Shown piece after piece: positions 9,023 through 17,726 of a stretch of DNA of 64,000 nt. The position numbers were made by a program, and so were the translations under genes. The stretch comes from an uncultured Gammaproteobacteria bacterium (lineage in GTDB: Bacteria > Patescibacteriota > Patescibacteriia > VMEV01 > CAYQCH01), in NCBI GenBank assembly GCA_964352335.1, contig CAYGRO010000003.1, positions 24,798-88,797 of the forward strand, given 5' to 3'. How positions within the stretch are numbered: position 1 is the stretch's first letter; the number at the start of each line of letters is the position of its first letter. Below the pieces are notes generated by a model. It saw nothing but the letters and a program-made list of their open reading frames with translations. It was not told the origin of the DNA and ran no database searches.

Positions 9023-10303
9023 ATGGCAATTATTGAACCACAATTACTAAAAGGAACTCGAGATTTTGGACCGGAAGAAATGGCCAAACGTTTATTTATT
9101 TTAAAGAAAATGAGATCCGTTTTTAGCCAATTCGGATATGACGCCATCGAAACCCCAGCTTTAGAATATGCAAAAACAGTTTTAGGAAAATACGGAGATG
9201 AAGGAGACAAATTAACCTATACCTTTGAAGATCATGGTGGAAGAAAAATTGCTCTGCGTTATGACCAAACTGTACCAACAGCTCGTTTTGTTGCGGCTAA
9301 TCAAGGCACAATTGAATTCCCTTTCAAACGCTATCAAATCGGGCCAGTTTGGCGAGCAGATAAACCACAACGAGGGAGATACCGTGAATTTTACCAATGT
9401 GATATTGATATTGTTGGAACTGACAGTCTTTTAGCTGATGCAGAAATTGCTAAAGTGATTTATGCTGTTTTTGCAGAACTCGGGCTAAAGAAATTTTCTA
9501 TTCGACTCAATTCTCGAAAATTACTCGATGCGATTTTGGATACTTGTAAAATCAAAAAAGTAAACCGCATTGAAGTTATTCGGATAATCGACAAACTAGA
9601 TAAAATTGGATTAAACAAAGTAAAAACAGAATTAGCCAAGCATATTTCTAAAGAACAGGTAAAAGAACTTGTTTCTTTAGCATTAGATGAAAAAGTTCAA
9701 AACCAGATCAAACAGTTAGATGATTCTGAAGGAAAAAAAGAAATGGCTGAAATCTTAAACCATCTAAAAGCATTAGGAATCCCATCCAAACATATTAAAC
9801 TAGATCTCACTTTAGCTCGTGGACTGGATTATTATACGGGAATTATTTACGAAGTTGTGACAGATGATCTTTCTCTTGGTTCAATCTGTGGTGGAGGAAG
9901 ATATGACGATTTAACAGGGTTATTTAGTGTAAACAAATATCCAGGAACAGGCGTTGCCTTTGGTTTAGATAGAATCATGGTTTATATGGAAGAAAAAGGA
10001 ATGTTAAAAAACCTTATGAGAAACACCCAGGTTTTAGTAGCAAATTTTCCTGATACACTCAAAGAAAATATAGAGCTGGTAAATGAATTACAAAAAGCAG
10101 GTATGAATACAGAATTGTATCTAAATGATGCAAATTTAAAAAAACAATTTAAATATGCCGACAAAAAAGGTATTCCCTGGATGATTATTCAAGGAAGTGA
10201 AGAAGTCAAAAAGAAAAAAGTTGCTTTAAGAAATATGATGAGCGGAAAACAAGAATTCTTAACGGTAAAACAAGTTTTAAAAAAGTTAACAAAAGTAAAT
10301 TAA
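9023..10303 (+). CDS. hisS: Histidyl-tRNA synthetase
   Basis: The N-terminus LLKGTRDFGPEEMAKR and class-II aaRS motifs match HisRS over the full 426 aa. Confidence 0.9.
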   Translation: MAIIEPQLLKGTRDFGPEEMAKRLFILKKMRSVFSQFGYDAIETPALEYAKTVLGKYGDEGDKLTYTFEDHGGRKIALRYDQTVPTARFVAANQGTIEFPFKRYQIGPVWRADKPQRGRYREFYQCDIDIVGTDSLLADAEIAKVIYAVFAELGLKKFSIRLNSRKLLDAILDTCKIKKVNRIEVIRIIDKLDKIGLNKVKTELAKHISKEQVKELVSLALDEKVQNQIKQLDDSEGKKEMAEILNHLKALGIPSKHIKLDLTLARGLDYYTGIIYEVVTDDLSLGSICGGGRYDDLTGLFSVNKYPGTGVAFGLDRIMVYMEEKGMLKNLMRNTQVLVANFPDTLKENIELVNELQKAGMNTELYLNDANLKKQFKYADKKGIPWMIIQGSEEVKKKKVALRNMMSGKQEFLTVKQVLKKLTKVN

Positions 10304-10307
10304 AATT

Positions 10308-10694
10308 ATGAATCTACGAAACAAAAAACTCGTCATGGGTGTGCGAATCTTATTTGGTTTATTTATTCTCTACAGCGGAATTGGTGGATTTCTTGCTTCA
10401 GCTGCAGAGATGAAAGGCGTTCCAGAAGCAATGATAAATGCAACATTAGAATTACAAGCAAATGGATTATTTTACATGATCAAAATCACCGAAATTATTA
10501 CAGGTTTAATGCTCTTATTAAACTTCCGACCAGCTTTAGCATTATTAGGAATTGCACCAATTGGAGTTGGGGTCGTTGTTTTTAATGCAAATATTGCCCC
10601 AGCATTTGTTATCTCTGGAATTGTTGTTTGCCTTTTTACTGCTTTTCTTGGATATGCGTATTGGGATAAATACAAACCTCTGTTTGTAAAATAA
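10308..10694 (+). CDS. Small polytopic membrane protein (DoxX-like)
   Basis: 128 aa with four predicted hydrophobic helices. Confidence 0.4.
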   Translation: MNLRNKKLVMGVRILFGLFILYSGIGGFLASAAEMKGVPEAMINATLELQANGLFYMIKITEIITGLMLLLNFRPALALLGIAPIGVGVVVFNANIAPAFVISGIVVCLFTAFLGYAYWDKYKPLFVK

Positions 10695-10703
10695 ATTTGT
10701 TTT

Positions 10704-10739
10704 CAGTTTTAAAAGACCTGCCTTAGCAGGTCTTTTTAT
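10704..10739 (+). terminator. Rho-independent terminator downstream of the 10308..10694 gene
   Basis: The sequence aaaagacctgccttagcaggtcttttt is a perfect GC-containing hairpin followed by a T-run. Confidence 0.6.
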
Positions 10740-10993
10740 TTTGTTAATTTAGTTGACCCTTCTAAATGAACGTTAATAAAATTAGGGATTTCTATTTATC
10801 ACGCTCGCCGCGAGGGCCTTCATTTTTGGGCGGGCAAAAACGAAGCAAAAACCCGCTGGGGGAACTTGAGAGCTTCTTGCATGTTTTGATCATCTATTTT
10901 CTTCTCAGAAGCGCAATTCCCCCAGACCCCATAAGCACATTATTGATTTTCCCTCTATTGGAAGATCTCATTGTAATTGTAATTGTAATTGTA

Positions 10994-11058
10994 CTCCTCC
11001 CCTTGCCTTTCGACCTCGAGCTCAAGACCTGAGATGTGAAGGAGGGAGTTAGGGGGGG
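10994..11058. repeat. GC-rich palindromic intergenic repeat (ctcctcccc...cgacctcgagctca...ggagggag...ggggggg) at the left edge of GC island A; the short tandem repeat (ttgtaa)x4 at ~10973-10993 lies just upstream of the span
   Basis: Shares the ccctcc/ggaggg arms and the internal ctcgagctca core with the copy at 29065-29186. Confidence 0.5.
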
Positions 11059-11188
11059 TAATTTTAAAAGCAAAGACCCCAGAAGAAAAGTGAATAGCGA
11101 TTTGTGTTAGCCAATTGGCGTGACATTTCGCATCTCTTCTTCTGGGGCTTACGGGGCCTGCGCACGACGAACCGGGTGGTTCACGGGC

Positions 11189-11365
11189 TCAGGCGATCTT
11201 GTTGCCGTTGGGCTTGGCGTTCTTGCTCGCGTCGGGGTTGGCCCGTCGGCGGGTCGCGAGAACTTGGTCCAACAGAAAATCGGAACGACCATCGTTGAGG
11301 GCTGCCTCGACCCGCGAGCGGGGCGGCAGGGACTTCTTGATGGCCACTTGGGTGCTTGCTTTCAT
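11189..11365 (-). CDS. Hypothetical 58-aa basic protein in GC-rich island A (below the ORF-track size cutoff)
   Basis: My own translation reads MKASTQVAIKKSLPPRSRVEAALNDGRSDFLLDQVLATRRRANPDASKNAKPNGNKIA. It is preceded by a perfect GGAGGA Shine-Dalgarno and a TTGACA -35-like hexamer, and sits in a ~60% GC context. Confidence 0.3.
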   Translation of the reverse strand: MKASTQVAIKKSLPPRSRVEAALNDGRSDFLLDQVLATRRRANPDASKNAKPNGNKIA

Positions 11366-11427
11366 GTTTAGACTCCTCCTTTGTCTGATGACAGATTACC
11401 CCAAAACAGGATAATTGTCAACCGTGG

Positions 11428-11907
11428 CTACGCACCACAGTTGTCTTGGTCCGACATCCTATCTAGCACATGCAACAAGTGCATGTAGACAGCCATCCGG
11501 TATCTGTCGACGTGGTCCTGCTCCAAGGAGTGACAGAAGTACAGCTGGTCTCCTAGTCCCGCCATGTGGAAGAACAGCAGGATGCCTTCTCGGTGATTCG
11601 GATCAACGATCTCGTCGATCAAGAAAATGCGCTGGTGCATGACACCTTGCGCAGTCCTCATGATCAACGTCACTGGCTCGAAAGTCAAAGTCGGGACACG
11701 CGGGTCACCAACCCAAGCCGTTGTCAGCAAGATATCAGGAGGTGGAAACCTATCCACACCGCCGATCCCCGCCTGAATGACCACCTCACCAATCTCGTGA
11801 CTGGTTCCAGCGGTCTTGTTGTACTCAGCAACGCATCGCCGAAGCGAACGAAGGAGCTCACGGAAGACGGCTCGCCCTCCAATGATTGTAACTCGAATTT
11901 CTGCCAC
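11428..11907 (-). CDS. Hypothetical 159-aa protein in GC-rich island A, with an apparent GTG start
   Basis: Longest minus-strand ORF in the GC-rich segment, with a GAGGGG about 7 nt upstream. No recognisable family. High-GC DNA also yields spurious ORFs, so this call is tentative. Confidence 0.3.
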   Translation of the reverse strand: MAEIRVTIIGGRAVFRELLRSLRRCVAEYNKTAGTSHEIGEVVIQAGIGGVDRFPPPDILLTTAWVGDPRVPTLTFEPVTLIMRTAQGVMHQRIFLIDEIVDPNHREGILLFFHMAGLGDQLYFCHSLEQDHVDRYRMAVYMHLLHVLDRMSDQDNCGA

Positions 11908-12067
11908 TTTATATCCCCTCAGAATAGTGGTTTAATGTATTGCCAGCAAACCATTTGCTAGCTGATAAAACAAGTCCTCTGGGAACAGAGAACTTGCTGT
12001 ATCAGTAAAGATTACTATAGCACAAAAAGCCACTTTAGTCAATAAGTTATTGACTTTATTTGATCTT

Positions 12068-13078
12068 TTATTTCTTCAATTTCTTCCCCACTTCTGCAAC
12101 CATTTCAATCAAACGATTTGAATATCCCCATTCATTATCATACCAAGCAACTACTTTGACCATATCGCCATCAACCACCTTGGTAAGACTTAAATCGACA
12201 ATACTAGAATGTGGGTCACCAATAATATCGCTAGAAACGATAGGATCTGTTGTTGTGGTTAAAATATGTTTATACAAAGGATGTTCTGCTGCTTTTTTAA
12301 TTACTTCATTCACCTCTTCTACCGTAACGGATTTTTTTAATAAAAAGGTAAAATCAGATAAAGACCCAACAGCAACTGGAACACGAATAGATATTCCATC
12401 GAAAATACCTTGAAGCTCTGGAATCGTTTTGCCTGTTGCAATGGCAGCACCTGTAGACGTTGGAATAATATTTTGCGCAGCCGATCTCCCTCTACGCATA
12501 TCTTTATGTGGCCCATCTACCAATGCTTGGTCAGCAGTATAAGCGTGGATAGTTGTCATCATTGCTTTGGCTACACCAAAATTATTATTCATAATAGCTG
12601 CAACTGGAGCGATACAATTGGTAGTACAAGAAGCATTATCGATAATGAGATTATTGGCGTTATTATCTTGGTCATTTACTCCAAGCACAAATGTTTTTAC
12701 ATTCCCCCCTTTATTGGGAGCAGAAATCACAACACGTTTTGCCCCTGCATCTAAATGTTGCTTTGCACCTTCTTCATCTCTAAATACACCAGTACATTCA
12801 ATAACAACATCGATATCTAACTCTTTCCATGGCAATTGTTTAGGGTCTCGCTCTGAATACGTTAAAATCTTTTTCCCATTTACCGTAATATCGTCATCTG
12901 TAGAAGTAACTTCATGTTTATACCGACCATAAACTGTATCGTATTTTAATAAATAGGCAATAGAATCATTAGGAGCTAAATCATTAACTGCAACAAATTC
13001 TACATCGTCACGATCGAAACCAGCCTTAAAGACGTTTCGACCAATTCGGCCAAAGCCATTGATAGCAATGCGGATCAT
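12068..13078 (-). CDS. gap: Glyceraldehyde-3-phosphate dehydrogenase
   Basis: The NAD-binding motif MIRIAINGFGRIGRNVFKA and the catalytic SCTTNC motif are both present. Confidence 0.9.
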   Translation of the reverse strand: MIRIAINGFGRIGRNVFKAGFDRDDVEFVAVNDLAPNDSIAYLLKYDTVYGRYKHEVTSTDDDITVNGKKILTYSERDPKQLPWKELDIDVVIECTGVFRDEEGAKQHLDAGAKRVVISAPNKGGNVKTFVLGVNDQDNNANNLIIDNASCTTNCIAPVAAIMNNNFGVAKAMMTTIHAYTADQALVDGPHKDMRRGRSAAQNIIPTSTGAAIATGKTIPELQGIFDGISIRVPVAVGSLSDFTFLLKKSVTVEEVNEVIKKAAEHPLYKHILTTTTDPIVSSDIIGDPHSSIVDLSLTKVVDGDMVKVVAWYDNEWGYSNRLIEMVAEVGKKLKK

Positions 13079-13149
13079 AGAAAAAAATCAAATATAAAAG
13101 AGGCTTATTACAGCCTCTAGTATATCATAATTACTTATGCTTGATGAAT

Positions 13150-14934
13150 TTATTCTTCTAAATTTGCTACTTTTCGAATTCCAATAGGCGTTGCTTCATA
13201 ATGCCCAGGAACATAGATCTTACTATATTTTGTATAAGATCCGTAAAGTGTAAAGCTAATTACATAACCTTTCCCACCAAGTGCAGAATCATAAATGATA
13301 TGACTTGTAGGAGCTCCGGATTTGATATTGTCTAAGAAGACACGTCCAGTATTAGATTCAGGATGGAAACCACCATTTTCTGTTAAACGGTTTCGTCCAT
13401 TTTCACCTAATGCAACTGCATTGTCTCGCAATTCTGGATATCCACCACCTACATAGGCTGAATAATCATTTAAAGCAGAGATAATATGTTCTACTTGTGT
13501 AACAATGCGTTCAGCTTCTTTATTTACATCTACACCTTCTAGGTCAAAGACGAAGAATGGGTCACCAAGTTGATCGTACTGTTCTTGGTTTAAGAGTCCC
13601 CATTTAGAAGTCATATAATAGGTTCCAGCAGGTAATACTCCATAGTCTGTTGTCTCTAATTCTTCAGGCAAATTGAATTGCATGATTCCATTTCCTTCTG
13701 CATCTACGATAAAAGCAAAATGATTGAAGTAGAAATTAAAGAATTCATCTGTGAAATCTGACCATACCCAGAATGTTTCTTCTGTTTGATCTAATGTAAA
13801 GCCATCTTTAGTAAGATAAATAGCTTGTCCATATTCGAAAATATTTTCTAGCCATTGTGTACCAACATAATATTCATTGGCTGCATAGAATTGTTCATAA
13901 GCAGTCCATAATGATTGAGAGAATTCCCAACCATAAACAGAATTTGTATAGTCGTCAGCACGTAATGTTGATTTAATTTCGTCTAAATCTAAACGATTAT
14001 CTTTATTTTTTTGTAAGAGATCATCTTTTAATTTGTATTGATCTGAATTTACTAGATTTAAACCAGTAACAAAGTAATAAGTACCAGGAGCCAGTGTTCC
14101 ATAGTTTGGAGTATTCACTGATGCTGGTAAATAAAATTTCATTGTTGCATCTCCTGTTTCTGGATTTACATCAAAACTGAAATCATTTGTATACATTTTA
14201 TAGAATTCTGCAGAAAAGTTTTCCCATTGCCAATATGTTACTTGCGCATCAGTATCAAGAGTAAATCCTTTTTCTGTTAATGTAATCGCTTGGTTCCAAC
14301 CTAAAACATTGTCGAACCATTTAATATCTGGGTAATGATTATGATCTCGTTTAAATGATTCATATCCACGCCAAAGAGTATTTGCAAATTCCCAACCAAG
14401 TTCAGCACTTGCATAGTTTACTTGCGATACATTTGATTCAATTTGGTCTAAAGAGAAAACACGTCCTTGTGTAGGAACTTGTCCTAAATTTTCTAAGGTA
14501 ATCCCTAAAGCAACACCTTTCACTTGTTCATAGGTTTTTTCACCTGTTCCAAGATAATGTCTTGCATTTGTATGCGGGTTTACAAACCAAACTTCACCAT
14601 GATTTTCTACAGCTAAAAGGAATTGTCCTTTTAATCGATTCAATAAAGCTGGGTCTTGAGCTTTTTGACCAGGCAAAGGAAGTTTTGCTAAATCGGCATT
14701 AGAAATACCAATCATGCGGTCTTTAATAAGCATCCAAGCATTTGTGGCATCTGGAATATAAATACGTGTCCCATTTTCTGGGCTTACATACCAAATTTTA
14801 CCTCGATCTTGTACAGACAAAAGAAAGTGTCCTTTTAGACGCTCACTCAAATTAGTACTTTCGGCTGCAAATGTAGGTGCTACTGAGGTAAATACAGTCA
14901 TCACCGCTAAAGCAGCAAATACAATACGTTTCAT
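13150..14934 (-). CDS. Secreted hypothetical protein with two N-terminal ~55-aa repeats and two internal ~180-aa repeats
   Basis: Signal peptide MKRIVFAALAVMTVFTSVAPTFA. The tandem N-terminal repeats are LKGHFLLSVQDRGKIWYVSPENGTRIYIP and LKGQFLLAVENHGEVWFVNPHTNARHYLG. An internal duplication (NYASAELGWEF... / DYTNSVYGWEF...) is rich in aromatic residues. Confidence 0.5.
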   Translation of the reverse strand: MKRIVFAALAVMTVFTSVAPTFAAESTNLSERLKGHFLLSVQDRGKIWYVSPENGTRIYIPDATNAWMLIKDRMIGISNADLAKLPLPGQKAQDPALLNRLKGQFLLAVENHGEVWFVNPHTNARHYLGTGEKTYEQVKGVALGITLENLGQVPTQGRVFSLDQIESNVSQVNYASAELGWEFANTLWRGYESFKRDHNHYPDIKWFDNVLGWNQAITLTEKGFTLDTDAQVTYWQWENFSAEFYKMYTNDFSFDVNPETGDATMKFYLPASVNTPNYGTLAPGTYYFVTGLNLVNSDQYKLKDDLLQKNKDNRLDLDEIKSTLRADDYTNSVYGWEFSQSLWTAYEQFYAANEYYVGTQWLENIFEYGQAIYLTKDGFTLDQTEETFWVWSDFTDEFFNFYFNHFAFIVDAEGNGIMQFNLPEELETTDYGVLPAGTYYMTSKWGLLNQEQYDQLGDPFFVFDLEGVDVNKEAERIVTQVEHIISALNDYSAYVGGGYPELRDNAVALGENGRNRLTENGGFHPESNTGRVFLDNIKSGAPTSHIIYDSALGGKGYVISFTLYGSYTKYSKIYVPGHYEATPIGIRKVANLEE

Positions 14935-15049
14935 AGTTCTTTTTGCTAATAATCAACTAATTTCGAAACATTACCACATAATCTTAAAAATGTCAAGTAA
15001 TGAAAAGACCCCCAATTTGCAGGAGGTCTTTCATTGTGTTTTTCGCTAA

Positions 15050-15643
15050 TTAGAGCGAAAAACGAGTATATTGAGCAAGAGTAATATTTTCTCCAAGTAC
15101 TGCAATTGCATTTTGGATAAGCTCTTCAATAGTCTTAGAGTCATCTTTGATAAAAGGTTGTTTTAAAAGGACTTTTTCTTCATAAAACTTCCCTAATTTC
15201 CCTTCTACAATCTTTTCTAGCATTTCCTCTGGTTTCCCTTCTTTTCTTAAGATTTCCATTTGAATTTCTTTTTCTTTCCCTAAAGCATCTTGTGGAACAT
15301 CTTCTACATTAAGCCATTCTGGGTCAGAGGCTGCTACATGCATAGCAATATCTTTCGCTAAGGTTTGGAATCGTTCATTTCGGGCAACAAAGTCCGTTTC
15401 GCAATTTAATACGATTAAAGAACCAACTTTTCCACCAGCGTGGATATAAGCTTCTACTGTACCTTCATGTGTTTCTCGATCAGCTTTTTTTGCTGCTTTT
15501 GCAGCTCCAGCTTTTCGTAAAACATCGATTGCTTTTTCAATATCTTTACCTGCTTCTTCATAGGCTTTTTTAGCAGCCATAAGTCCGGCACCAGTACGAG
15601 CACGTAATTCAGTTACTTTTTTAATATCTTCATTCATAGTCAT
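15050..15643 (-). CDS. tsf: Elongation factor Ts (short form)
   Basis: The N-terminal UBA-like TAELVKELR-type segment (KKVTELRARTGAGLMAAKKAYEEAG) and the EF-Ts dimerisation core. Confidence 0.85.
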   Translation of the reverse strand: MTMNEDIKKVTELRARTGAGLMAAKKAYEEAGKDIEKAIDVLRKAGAAKAAKKADRETHEGTVEAYIHAGGKVGSLIVLNCETDFVARNERFQTLAKDIAMHVAASDPEWLNVEDVPQDALGKEKEIQMEILRKEGKPEEMLEKIVEGKLGKFYEEKVLLKQPFIKDDSKTIEELIQNAIAVLGENITLAQYTRFSL

Positions 15644-15755
15644 GGTTCATGGGGCATGATTCATGAGACATAATCAATACACCATTTTAATTTTTATTAC
15701 AGATTCATAGGACAGTACATGAAACACTGGAATAAACCATGTATCATGCACCATG
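15641..15755. promoter_or_regulatory. Long-range imperfect inverted repeat (catggttcatg ... catgcaccatg) spanning the rpsB-tsf intergenic region, with one arm overlapping the tsf start codon
   Basis: Read directly from the sequence. It shares the 17-mer atgtatcatgcaccatg with the element upstream of eno (7961-8011). Confidence 0.35.
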
Positions 15756-15766
15756 AATTGTTTGTT

Positions 15767-16543
15767 TTATTTTGCTTCTTTTTTTGGAGCTGTTTTCTTT
15801 GCTACTGGCTTTGTAGGTTTACTCACTTGTGCTTTTGCTGCTTTAGCTGGAACGATTTTTCGTTTCTTTTTTCCAGTAGCACAAGCTTCTGCAACTAATT
15901 TTACGATCATTTCTACTCCTTTAGTAGCATCATCATTAGCTGGAATAACATGTTTAACTGTTGTTGGGTTTACATTTGAATCACAAATAGCCACAACAGG
16001 AATTTTCATTACATTCGCTTCTTTTAGCGCTGTTTTTTCTATTCGAATATCTACAATGAAAACAATTTTAGGCATTCGGTCTAGGCTCACTAAACCAGCT
16101 ACTGAACCATCTAATTTGTCTACTTCTTTTTGTAAAAGAATTTGTTCTTTTTTTGTATATTTATCCCACTCACCGGCTTTCTTTTGCTTTTGTAAGTCTA
16201 CATATCGGCGAATAGATTTTTTTACTTCAGAAAAGTTGGTAAGCATTCCCCCAATCCATCGAGATCGGATATAAGGCATTTCTGCTTGTTTTGCATATTC
16301 TTCAATAATCGGTCGTGCTTGTGATTTTGTTCCTACAAAAAGAACATCACCACCATCTGCAACAGTTTTTTCGATAAACTTTAGAGACTCTTCTAAGTTT
16401 TTTTGCGTCTTTTTAAGATCGAAGATATGCAACCCATTTCGAGTTGTATATAAATATGATGCCATTTTAGGATGCCATCGATTTGTTTGATGCCCAAAAT
16501 GCATTCCTGCTTTGAGCATTTCTTCCATAGTTGGAATATTCAT
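15767..16543 (-). CDS. rpsB: 30S ribosomal protein S2
   Basis: The sequence MEEMLKAGMHFGHQTNRWHPKM is the canonical S2 N-terminus. The start was trimmed to the internal ATG, which is preceded by AAAGGAAAA. Confidence 0.9.
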   Translation of the reverse strand: MNIPTMEEMLKAGMHFGHQTNRWHPKMASYLYTTRNGLHIFDLKKTQKNLEESLKFIEKTVADGGDVLFVGTKSQARPIIEEYAKQAEMPYIRSRWIGGMLTNFSEVKKSIRRYVDLQKQKKAGEWDKYTKKEQILLQKEVDKLDGSVAGLVSLDRMPKIVFIVDIRIEKTALKEANVMKIPVVAICDSNVNPTTVKHVIPANDDATKGVEMIVKLVAEACATGKKKRKIVPAKAAKAQVSKPTKPVAKKTAPKKEAK

Positions 16544-16727
16544 AAAGTTTTCCTTTTTACGTCTATAGCTTTTCTTTGGGACCAATAAAAATTGGCAGGG
16601 CCAAAGATATTAGAAGCTATATGTTTGATTAGTTAAGAAAAACCAATGGGCTAAATTCCCAATTGGTTGAGTAAAATACTACCTAAAATAACTGTATTTG
16701 GCAAGATCTAGGCAAGAAGAGTATTTT

Positions 16728-17351
16728 CTAGCTTAATATACGTTGAATTTCTGGAATCATCTGTAAAGGGCTCGTAATAACAGCATTTGGATTTCCTGTG
16801 ACTAAATGCGCCTCAGGATGAAACCCCCAAGCCACACCAAGCGAAGAAATGCCTACTTTTTGCGCTTCACGTATATCGCCTAAAGTATCAGTAATAAATA
16901 AGGCATGAGACTTATTAACTTCTTTCTCATCGAGCACTCGCTGTATTTTTACAACTTTACTTTTATGAACATCTGCACCAAGTACTTGCTCAAAATAGTT
17001 CAATAAACCATGTTTATCTAAAAATTTTTGAACAGACGCATTTAATGAAGAGGAAATAATCATCATCTTATATTCATTAGAAAGCTCTTTGACAATCTCA
17101 ACTACCCCTTCTACAGGATTTAAGTTGATTAATTCTTTTGTATAATCAATAAACCAAGGATCATCAGATGGAATTTTGTCTTCATTTTTGTCATGTGAAA
17201 CTGAGGCTTCATAGACATTTCCATTAAAAAATTCACGATACATTTTACGAGTGAGCCCTGGTTTGTCATGAAATTTTTGAGAAATAGAAAAACATAATTC
17301 AAATGAATCTACAATCACTCCATCAAAATCAAATAAAAGATGTTTTTTCAT
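16728..17351 (-). CDS. HAD-superfamily hydrolase
   Basis: N-terminal FDFDGVIVDS HAD motif I. Confidence 0.6.
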   Translation of the reverse strand: MKKHLLFDFDGVIVDSFELCFSISQKFHDKPGLTRKMYREFFNGNVYEASVSHDKNEDKIPSDDPWFIDYTKELINLNPVEGVVEIVKELSNEYKMMIISSSLNASVQKFLDKHGLLNYFEQVLGADVHKSKVVKIQRVLDEKEVNKSHALFITDTLGDIREAQKVGISSLGVAWGFHPEAHLVTGNPNAVITSPLQMIPEIQRILS

Positions 17352-17353
17352 AC

Positions 17354-17509
17354 TTATTCTAAATCAAACTCTTGTTGCTCCCCACACCAAGGACAAAGCC
17401 AGTCTGTTTTATTTTCATCTGCATCTCCAATGGACCACCATTTAACGCAGTCAAGGCATTGAAAATGAAATAAGACCTCTTTAGATACTTGCCCTTTTTT
17501 CAATTCCAT
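17354..17509 (-). CDS. Small zinc-ribbon protein (51 aa, CxxC...CxxC), just upstream of and translationally coupled to the HAD hydrolase gene
   Basis: My own translation reads MELKKGQVSKEVLFHFQCLDCVKWWSIGDADENKTDWLCPWCGEQQEFDLE. It is below the 60-aa ORF-track cutoff. Its stop lies 3 nt upstream of the downstream ATG. Confidence 0.4.
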   Translation of the reverse strand: MELKKGQVSKEVLFHFQCLDCVKWWSIGDADENKTDWLCPWCGEQQEFDLE

Positions 17510-17624
17510 AGCTTTACTGAAAAAACTTTTGATAGACTGAATACCCCATATCTAGCAAGATAAGTAATACAATGAGCATGATAATTGCTTTTGCTTTTTG
17601 GTTAGACATGGGTTTATCACATAC

Positions 17625-17726
17625 CTCTCCCCAGCCCTCTCCTTAGCAAGGAGAGGGAGGAACAGAGATCGAGTACTTCCCCCTCCTAGAGTAGGAGGGG
17701 GTTAGGGGGAGGTAACATTACCCCCC
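17625..17726. repeat. GC-rich palindromic intergenic repeat (ccctctccttagcaaggagaggg ... ccccctcctagagtaggaggggg ttaggggg) overlapping the 3' end of secA
   Basis: About 40 nt are nearly identical to the copy at 21688-21786. Confidence 0.55.

Noticed and set aside
10766-11032. 88-aa plus ORF spanning the (ttgtaa)4 microsatellite and the GC-palindromic repeat
   Set aside because: It runs through repeat elements, has low-complexity translation (IVIVIVLLPLPF) and no RBS, so it is most likely non-coding.
11104-11961. Plus-strand ORFs in GC island A (11104..11298, 11120..11371, 11199..11414, 11415..11642, 11566..11961)
   Set aside because: Arg-rich, overlapping and lacking start context. The minus-strand pair with RBS and promoter-like signals was preferred, and even that call is tentative.
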